Positions 55,250 to 64,000 of a stretch of DNA of 64,000 nucleotides are shown one piece after another. The position numbers and the translations under genes are program-made. The notes beneath the pieces were generated by a model that did not search any database, was not told the origin of the DNA, and was given only the letters and a program-made list of their open reading frames with translations. Numbering within the stretch: the first letter of the stretch is position 1; every line of letters begins with the position of its first letter. The stretch is from Harriotta raleighana (lineage: Eukaryota), in NCBI GenBank assembly GCA_050575255.1, contig JBNZDD010013700.1:62001-126000 (forward strand), given 5' to 3'.

Positions 55250-56238
55250 ACAACAACAACAACAAAACAACAAAATTACATTTGTAGAGCGCGTTTCACG
55301 TCAGGAGGATGTCCCAAGGCGCTGGACAGTTGGTTTAAGACCTGAGCAGGGGGAAATGTTCAGGGCGAGGGAGGGGGGGAGNNNNNNNNNNNNNNNNNNN
55401 NNNNNNNNNNNNNNNNNNNNNNNNNNNNNNNNNNNNNNNNNNNNNNNNNNNNNNNNNNNNNNNNNNNNNNNNNNNNNNNNNNNNNNNNNNNNNNNNNNNN
55501 NNNNNNNNNNNNNNNNNNNNNNNNNNNNNNNNNNNNNNNNNNNNNNNNNNNNNNNNNNNNNNNNNNNNNNNNNNNNNNNNNNNNNNNNNNNNNNNNNNNN
55601 NNNNNNNNNNNNNNNNNNNNNNNNNNNNNNNNNNNNNNNNNNNNNNNNNNNNNNNNNNNNNNNNNNNNNNNNNNNNNNNNNNNNNNNNNNNNNNNNNNNN
55701 NNNNNNNNNNNNNNNNNNNNNNNNNNNNNNNNNNNNNNNNNNNNNNNNNNNNNNNNNNNNNNNNNNNNNNNNNNNNNNNNNNNNNNNNNNNNNNNNNNNN
55801 NNNNNNNNNNNNNNNNNNNNNNNNNNNNNNNNNNNNNNNNNNNNNNNNNNNNNNNNNNNNNNNNNNNNNNNNNNNNNNNNNNNNNNNNNNNNNNNNNNNN
55901 NNNNNNNNNNNNNNNNNNNNNNNNNNNNNNNNNNNNNNNNNNNNNNNNNNNNNNNNNNNNNNNNNNNNNNNNNNNNNNNNNNNNNNNNNNTCAGACAGGC
56001 AGGCTGTCAGGACATCAGTAGTCGTGGAGTTGAGGGTAGAGGAGGAAAGGTAGAGTTGGGTGTCATCCGTGTACATGTGGAAGTTAACCCCATGTCTGCG
56101 GATGATGTCACCAAGGGGGAGCATATAGAGGGTGAAGAGGACCGAGGACAGAGCCCTGAGGGACGCCACACGAGACAGTGCGGGGGCTGGAGGAAAAGCC
56201 ATTTGAGTGTATGAAATGAAAACGATGGGAGAGGTAGG
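55250..56238 (-). mobile_element. L2-clade LINE, 5' truncated, spanning the N gap; RT fragment
   Basis: Minus-strand peptide [32 protein letters not shown] (YxDD, L2-type) at 55991-56200; 3' tail with (GTT)n at 55250-55381. Continuity across the gap is inferred. Confidence 0.82.
55382..55990. other. Assembly gap (609 N)
   Basis: Run of N. Confidence 0.99.
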
Positions 56239-57439
56239 ACATGAAGGTGCTCAAATATCAAATGCAAGGATTATTATTATTATGTGAAAGATGCTATACA
56301 TGCAATATTGTGTTACATGACATTTGGATGAATTTTAGATGTACCAGTTTCCTGTTATAGGTGCAACCAAGGATTTTAATCTGACAATTTTTGCTACTTT
56401 TAACAGAAATAATTTTTAAAAAGCACACAGCATGGAACTAAAGTTCTCTTTCATGCACAACAATCAAGAAGAGACAATTCTTCCACCCCTCCCCCTCCCT
56501 AGCCTCCTTCAAGTCCTGCCTCAAGACTCTCCTCTTCGACCATGCCATCGGTCACCACACTTCCCACCCCTTCCCTCCATCCTCCTCGATCCCAACCCCA
56601 GCTCGGGTCTGAAATGCTCACTATCCAGCACCTTGGGACATCCTCCCGACATGAAAGGCGCTATACAAATGTAATTTTGTTATTTCTTTTCCTTCATTCC
56701 CCTTATGTTTTCTATGCTGGTGGTTCAGTGTGTGTGTTCTCTCAAATTTTCTTCTGAAGAGTGAGAGAAAATAAAAAATTATAGCTGTCACCCCAGTTGG
56801 ATTTTGTTCCCTCTACCCCACTTCTGTATTGTAATGGGGGCTCTACTGTATGTAATCTCCATCAAGTTCACCCACATCAAAAATGTCTTCTTTCTTATAA
56901 AAACTCAAATAGACCTTTTAATTCATAATCTCCCTTCAATAAACACAGCCTGGGTCCTTTTAATTCTATATTACTCCGGGTGTGTCATTGTTCCCTTCTT
57001 CAGAATACATTCAGTACAGACCGATTTAGTATCTTGAAAAATTGCAAGCCAAATATCTGTATGAAATGGGAATCAACAATCCCTTCTGTTCAGCTCCCAA
57101 AATACAACAGGCTGGCTTTCTCTTCACAACTCAACAGCACATAGTATTTAATCTTATAATTCTATATATAATAATGCATTTATGGAGTCCACTACTGCAT
57201 TAGCTAGGCTCTTTTCAATTTAACTAATTTACAAAGAGTTGCAAAAAAAGGATGGCACTAAAACAGGCCACTCAGCCCAACCAACCCATTTTCTGCCTGA
57301 TCTGGTGGACATTATATTCCCACAGCATTATTTGAAAAAGAGATGACCCTGGCTGAAAATGCCTCTGATAAAATTGGTTATTCACTTCATGGCTGTTTGT
57401 GAGACATTGCTGTATGCAAACTGGATAATAAATAATAAA

Positions 57440-58322
57440 ATAATAATAATCCTTGCATTTGACATAGCGCTTTTCACATCTTCTAGACGTCATCGTCCTC
57501 ATTCATACTGCTCTTCACTTACTCCACCTAGCCAACCTGCCCCTAAAATTCTCTGAACCAATCCGCAACTTTGGCGTCAGGTTTGACCCCCAACTGTCCT
57601 TCCTCCTCCACATCCAATCCCTCACTAGCACCACTTTTTTCCACCTCTGACGTATTGCCCTTCTCCGGCAATATCTCGCCCCTCGATTTCAAGATCCTCA
57701 CTCTTGTCTTCAAATCTCTCCACTCCTCTGTATCCCCCTACCTCTCTGACCTCCTCTCTCCCCAAAACAGCACCCGTTACTTTCGCTCCTGCGGTTCTGG
57801 TCTCTTCCTTGTCCCCCGAATCCTCCGCTCCACCAGAGGCGGCCGTGCCTTCAGCCACTATGCCCCAAAGCTCTGAAACTCCCTTTCTCACTCCCTTTGC
57901 CTCACTTCCTCTCTTCTTAGTTTCAGGTCTCGGCTGAAGACCTTTCTGTTCGACCGCGCCTTCAGTCAACTTTTTCCCCCTGCCCCTGGCTTGGGCCCGG
58001 GATGTGAAGCTCTCTGAGACACTGTCCAGTGTGGAGAGCGCTATATAAATCAAAGTTGTTGTTGTTGTCTCAAAGCGCTTCACAAAATATACTGTAAAGT
58101 GAATTGACTATTTTTGTGGGTGAAACATGGCAGCCAACTGCGCGAGGCAGTTTCCCACAAACTGTCGTGGAGTGAAGTGACCATTTTATTATTATTATTT
58201 TTTTAAGGGATTATTAGCAGTTGTGTGGAGTAAAGAAATTTGCCCACAATTTTGCTCTGCTGGGAATCAAACTCGGGTCTTTCACTTACGAGACAAGTGA
58301 TCTAACCACTGAACTACAGGAC
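57440..58322 (-). mobile_element. tRNA-derived SINE split by an L2 fragment
   Basis: Tail 57440-57491, resumes at about 58069 (CTCAAAGCGCTTCAC) and ends with the reversed tRNA head CTAACCACTGAACTACAGG. Confidence 0.82.
57492..58068 (+). mobile_element. L2 LINE 3' fragment
   Basis: Peptide DFKILTLVFKSLH...PYLSDLL...GGRAFSHYAPKL is the L2 ORF2 C-terminus; tail GCGCTATATAAATCAAAG(TTG)n. Confidence 0.85.
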
Positions 58323-59920
58323 AGTGCAAGTTGCATTTGTCTAAAAATACAACTATACTATAGTAATTCTTTTCCTGTGAAGTGTTGCAAGACATCTCAC
58401 CAAAGTGATAAATTAAATCTTGATTCTGTGCTCAAGAACTCCTTATAGGTTTCACACTATCAAATTTGTGGAGTTTTAATCATGATGAGCTAGGATGGAT
58501 AGCATGGAGAATAACAAACAACCAGTTAAACAGAAACATTAATTGAAATAACATGGTTTGATGAAATGAACAAGACATTAAAATTATATTCATGTCAAAA
58601 ATCCAAATAATCAAACCAACAAAGCAAGATTTATTATTCCGTTTCACAGTATATTCACAGTAACGATGTGATAAAAGTGCTATATCAAATTCAAGGATTA
58701 TTATTAGCAACTCTAACTACAGTACATGTATTACATTAAACTATGCCATAGATCATCAGAGACATAATTTTTCCACATGCAGCAGGTAGAGGCACAGTAG
58801 TCAAATGGACCCATCGGGTAAGACTCCATTCACCTCAAGGCATTCTAAAGCACAAACTTGTTTCTTGATCTATAAAAGTTTTCTTGTTTTGTCTGCTGTA
58901 CAAATAATTAGTATTCAGACCCTACCCTCCCCCAAGGCTTCCCCATCTGCTGTGAAATAGGACTAAATAATAATAATCCTTGCATTTGATATCACGCCTT
59001 ATCACATCTTTGAGACATCTCAAAGCTCTTAACAGAATATACTGTAAAGTGAATTGAATGCATATTTTGTGGGCGAAACAAGGCAGCCAATTGTGCACAG
59101 CAGTGTTCCACAAATATTCATGGATTGAATGATCAAATTGTTATCATTATAATTTCGGTGTACATCATTATTAATTCATTATAGATCTCCTTCAGTCCAT
59201 CATTCAGGGGTCGGAGGTGCAGGGGAGAGAAAAGAAGGCCTATTGAAATAGTTCCCACTTCAACAGTAACCAATTCTATATCAGTTATTAACTACAACAC
59301 AATTGCACTTGTATAGTGCCTTTCATTTCAGGAGGATGTCCCTACACAGTTAGTTGCACATGCAACAACCTCACTCAATGTTTCCCCTCATTGACTCCAT
59401 CCAGTACAACAACAAATAACACAGCAGCGGTTTCAGTGAAGAGGTTGCTCTTGTGCACCAACAAGAGGCAAAGTTTAAAATGCTCCCACTGAGAGCTCCA
59501 TTGGCCAAGCAGCTGACAACCAGAAACACAGAACTCCACCTCCTCCGTCATTCAAGTCACCAGCATCTACCAGCTCTGATGAGCAAGCAGCCTAAATTCA
59601 TGTCGTTAACCAGATTTCCTGCTCAACTAATGTTGAATTCAAGCCTGTAAATATTTTTGATCATCTATGGGTGCCCACACATTTGGCCAAGCAAAGTATC
59701 AAAACATTTCCACGGGAAAAGCTTCAGGGCTTTACAAACTCAATAAAAACTACAAACTGAAGTAAGAATAAATGGTAAAAACTACTGACCTCTAGTTGGA
59801 AATTTCGTATCAGGTCCACTTTCTGACTTGGGTTTTACACCATGTCAAGCACGTTAGTTGCAAATAAAAAGCGCAACTTTAAACTAACATAATCCATCAA
59901 CTGGTACAAATGAAAAAGTA

Positions 59921-60250
59921 CAGGTATCCCCCAATTTACGACGGGGTTACGTTCCAAAAAAATGGTACCAAATCAAAACGTCATAAATCGAAACACAGTT
60001 TCCTATGCAGTCCCATTATATAACCCAAGATGCGTTCTTTTCACAAAATGCACTATGTACTGCCTATGGACAAAAAAGTCGTGCCAAATACGACCGCAAT
60101 TTTACCACGAAATACACTATGTAATGCGCCAAATTTTTTGGTCATTAAAACGAAACCAAGTGTTGTATATCGATAAAAAAGGTGTTAAAAAATTATGTTC
60201 GTTAAATCGAAATGATGTAAATAGAAGCGTCATAAATCGGGGGTTACCTG
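59921..60250. mobile_element. Tigger-like MITE, family D (330 bp)
   Basis: TA+CAGGTATCCCCCAATTTACGACG ... CGTCATAAATCGGGGGTTACCTG+TA, with subterminal CGTCATAAATCG repeats. Confidence 0.85.
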
Positions 60251-60629
60251 TACCTTACTTCATGAACTACATAAATATATCTTGAGCGATTTGTTTATTG
60301 CTCCATCTGTAAAACAATTTCACTCCAGCACTAATCAATCGGGGGTCAGGACTTCGCTTTGCAGCAAAAATGTAGAAATTTCAATTAGTTACATGGACCT
60401 AATCCTATAATGTGTGAAAGATGTGGAAAAAAAGAGAAACTCCAACTAGTCAACAACCTATTATGTAGAAAAATAGAGGGTTCACAACTTGATGCAGGTT
60501 TTATGCAATTCATTTCAAGACTGGCTGAAAGTTTTGCTCTTGGTCCCAGATGAAGCATTTCAAATTATTATAATAATCCTTGCATTTGCATGGAACTTGT
60601 ACCCTCTAATTCAGTGTTCATTGTTCAAA

Positions 60630-61050
60630 TCCCATAGTGGAGTGGTTAGAACGCTCGCCTCCCAAACAACTGGACCTGAGTTTGAATCCCGGGTGGGGAG
60701 AAATCTTTCTTACTCCATATACCTCTGTTTACCTAGCAGTAAGTAGGAGGTTGTTTGTCGATTAACTGATCGCTTTAAGGGTAATAATTCCTCCAAAAAA
60801 ATTGGTCACTCAATCCACGACTCTTTGTGTGACATTGCTATGTACAATTGGCTGCCACATTTTGCCCACAAAATACAATCATTGTACTTCACAATATATT
60901 CTGTGAGATGCTTTGAGACATCTCAAAGATGTGATCAGACACTATATGTGATCAGAGATTATATGTGATCAGAGAAACACTCTGGAACTCTACCCCGCTT
61001 GAATAGCGCTATATAAATGTAATTTATTGTTGTTGTATGTCAACTGCAAG
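60630..61050 (+). mobile_element. tRNA-derived SINE with an internal 17-bp tandem expansion and an inserted LINE tail
   Basis: Head GGAGTGGTTAGAACGCTCGCC...GAGTTTGAATCCCG; ATGTGATCAGA x3 at 60929-60975; L2-like tail at about 60980-61036. Confidence 0.72.
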
Positions 61051-62635
61051 GGTTATTTATCATCCCTCACTAGTGTATAAATGATGCACAAACCAACACA
61101 CTAGACTCGAAATGTCAAGAAAATTGCTCACTAGCAATTTCCTTGATCTAATGTTGAAGATGATAAAGCGCTATATCAAACGCAATGATTATTATTATCT
61201 AGAATTCTTTTCCATCTACAATTTGGTCCAAATGTCCATCAACTGATCCCAAATTACATGAGATCCTGAAACTTACTGTTTCCTATAAAATGATGGAAAT
61301 TTACAACATGGAAGGAGGCCATCAAATCTATACTGATCTTCAGAGCGAGTTGTTCATACAATCCGACAGCCCTCCCTTATCTCCATACTTCTTCTAACCA
61401 ATGTTCTTCATACACCTGTCTACTTCCCTCTCAAAACGCTTTCAATCCTTGACTGTTTGTGGGACACTACTATGTACAATTGCCTGCAGCGTTTTGCCCA
61501 AATATTTACAGTCAATTCACTTTACAGTATATTCTGTGAAGCGCTTAGAGACGTCTAGAAGCACTATCAAATGCAAGGATTATTATTACTATTTGCTACT
61601 GAGCCTCCATCACATCATCATAATGTCTCACAGCATTTCACAGGAATTACTGTACAATGCAAAGTTTATCAGCTGTGCGTTTTTACAGGAAACACACCAG
61701 ACAATTTGTGCACAACATGATGTGAACGACCAATTGTTTGGCCGGGACACTGGGAAAAATTGTCCTCTTTATAAATACTGTAGTACAATGGGATCTTTGA
61801 CTACCACCTGAACAGGCAGTTAGGACCTCGGTTAAAAGTCTTGCCTAAAGGACAAGACTCCCAACAATGCTCTTTCAACTGCACTACAGCATTAAGCTAC
61901 GTTATTACTTGAAAGTCCCAAAGTGGGGCTTGAACCCACAATCTTCTCATGTAGACATTAAAGAATGCTACCAACTGCCTACCTGACACCTATTGATACG
62001 TATGTGTTATTTCACATACATTTATAAATAAATGCATCAAAACCAAACATACTTCACAGTTTAACTTTACCAAATAAACATTTTTGAAGGCAACATTAGA
62101 AAACATGCTGAGTATCCTGTAAACTTCAAAGTAGACTCAGTCTGCAAAGAATTGATCATCTCTCTTTAGCTTCCAAATAAAAGATGTCTCATACTCTTCC
62201 TGTAATACTCAGCATTTTTAAAACAAACCAGCTGTGATCACATCTATAGAAGATTGTTTGTGCACTTACTTTGGCTTTTTGTTTTAGAAATATTGTTAAA
62301 ATGAGTCTCTGCTTGAAAATTTAACTTCTGCACATTACTTTAGATTCAAAATTCCTCAGCTGTTTATAAATCAGTCACTTTAAATTGATTCAAGCCATTA
62401 ATAATCCTTATACTACAATGTTTAATTATTGCTTAAGTTTGCACCTTTAACAAAACTGTGTGGTTAGCCTTACCGCCCCCAAAAGGCTGGAAAAAAATAA
62501 AACATTTTTGAGAGCTAAAATGGGCTCTCAAACGGCAATGGGGAGAAGCCTTTTGGTGAGAGTTTGTGAAGCAATTTTACAAATTCAGTGCCATACATCT
62601 TACAATTTTAAAAAGAGACCAATAATTAATAATAA

Positions 62636-62806
62636 TAGTCACACAATCCACGACTGAGGTGGGACACTGCAGTACGCAATAGGCTGCCGCGTTTTGCCCA
62701 CAAAATATACAGTCAATTCACTTTACAGTATATTCTGCGAAGAACTTTGAGACATCTCAAAGTCTTGATAAAGTGCTATATCAAATGCAAGGATTATTAT
62801 TACTAT
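62636..62806 (+). mobile_element. tRNA-derived SINE, 3' half
   Basis: Family body and (ATT)n tail. Confidence 0.8.
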
Positions 62807-62847
62807 GAAAAAAACTATTTCATAATAAGCGTTTATAAAGTACATTT

Positions 62848-63168
62848 AATAATAATAATAATCCTTGGATTGGATATGCGCTTTTCACATCTTCTGAACA
62901 TCTCAAAGCCCATCACAGAATATACCGTAAAGTGAATTGATCTTATGTTTTGTGGGGCAAAACGAGGAAGCCAATTGTGCGCAACATGGTCCCACAAACA
63001 GTTGTGGATTGAGTGATCAAATTATTATTATTATTATTTTTCTTTAGGGATTATTGTCAGATCAGGCATGTGGAGTAAAGAAACTTGCCCAAAGTTTCGC
63101 CCGGCCAGGAATCAAACTCGGGTCTCTTGCTTCCAAGGCGAATGCTCTATTCACTAAACTGCAGGACT
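62848..63168 (-). mobile_element. tRNA-derived SINE, full length
   Basis: Reverse-complement tail, body and head (GGAATCAAACTC ... CACTAAACTGCAGGA). Confidence 0.84.
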
Positions 63169-63424
63169 CCAAAGCCCCATTTGATTAAAACCTGGTTCTT
63201 ATCAAAAATACATGAAACTTTTTTTTAAATAAACCATACTGTGTTGCTTTCAGATCAAAACGGATAGCTGCACAAATTTGGCAGACAAAACAATCTGCAT
63301 TGATATAGTGCCCTTTATACAGGATAATGTGTGAGCACTAGACAATGGTGGGATTGTACCCCAGACACAGACATAGGTTAAATAAAGTGTGATGCTAAGA
63401 ACCACATTTTGAGCTATCGGACTT

Positions 63425-63903
63425 GAGTAAAAGTCCGATAACCCGGCACGGTCGGGACCTAGGCGGTGCCGAATTATCGGATGTGCTGGATTATTGGACG
63501 TTAATCTTAGGGATGGGAAGATTTGAGTGTGCTGTCACAGCACACTCAAATCCTGCCATTCCTGTGCTCTTATCTATGTTACATACCTATATAGTAAAAC
63601 CCAGAGCTCTCCCCATCCTGGCGGAGCAGGCAGGTCGCCTAAAGAGGCATCGCATCGGTTAATTTTTTTTAAATAAAATTGCGCGCCCGTGTGTGCACTT
63701 ATTAAAGCGCGCATGCATACTTTACGTCAGTGACATAAACATGACGTCAGTGACGGACCCACAAGGAAAATACACCGGGTAGTGTGAAGGATCTCTGGGA
63801 AGAGATGCATAGAGATGCGCAGATTGCCAAAAACAGACAGTCGCAGATGCCAGACTATAAGACTTTCCGGATTTTCAGGTGCCAGATTAAAGGAATTTTA
63901 CTG
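63425..63903. mobile_element. Tigger-like MITE, family E
   Basis: GAGTAAAAGTCCGATAACCCGGCAC ... GTGCCAGATTAAAGGAATTTTACTG+TA imperfect TIRs; CpG-rich interior. Confidence 0.72.
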
Positions 63904-64000
63904 TATTAACTTTGAACAACATTCACCAATGATTTGTTTCAGAAAAAAAGTCACATATTTGCCTTGATTCCCATCTATGAATAACAAACTTCATACCGAA

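Larger units (their letters stand above)
55015..56283 (+). mobile_element. tRNA-derived SINE split by an antisense L2 insertion
   Basis: Head TGTAGCTCAGTGGTTA at about 55018, body to about 55249, tail resumes at about 56239 (ACATGAAGGTGC...GCAAGGATTATTATT). Confidence 0.78.

Noticed and set aside
55236-56202. The two longest ORFs in the track (261 and 280 aa)
   Set aside because: They read through 609 N; the real part is an L2 RT fragment.
61115-61146. 14-bp stem hairpin TCAAGAAAATTGCT-CACT-AGCAATTTCCTTGA
   Set aside because: Short, AT-rich and between repeat fragments; not distinguishable from chance.

Overview
AT-rich vertebrate genomic DNA from a draft assembly (one 609-N gap, five single-N junctions). 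The repeat landscape (tRNA-headed SINE with (ATT)n tail, Deu-domain SINEs, L2 and CR1 LINEs, TA-flanked Tc1/mariner-pogo-type MITEs) suggests a cartilaginous fish, probably a chimaera such as Callorhinchus; this is an inference. The whole window lies inside one minus-strand gene, PHIP (BRWD2/DCAF14; WD40-bromodomain family). I reconstructed 16 consecutive internal coding exons by hand (41328 down to 397; 2157 nt, 719 codons, all splice phases consistent) covering most of the WD40 propeller and the downstream linker up to the acidic/basic region. The gene's 5' and 3' ends lie outside the window, and 41329-64000 appears to be one intron of more than 22 kb. One intron uses a GC donor. I found no new protein-coding system. 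The most unusual structures are a MITE inserted head-to-head into a copy of its own family, repeated L2 insertions into the same 3' part of the SINE, an isolated 102-nt GC-rich near-perfect hairpin, MITE-borne NRF1/CRE motifs, a candidate poison exon, and an exact 1000-bp tandem duplication that is most likely an assembly artefact. Repeat boundaries other than the TIR-defined ones are approximate.
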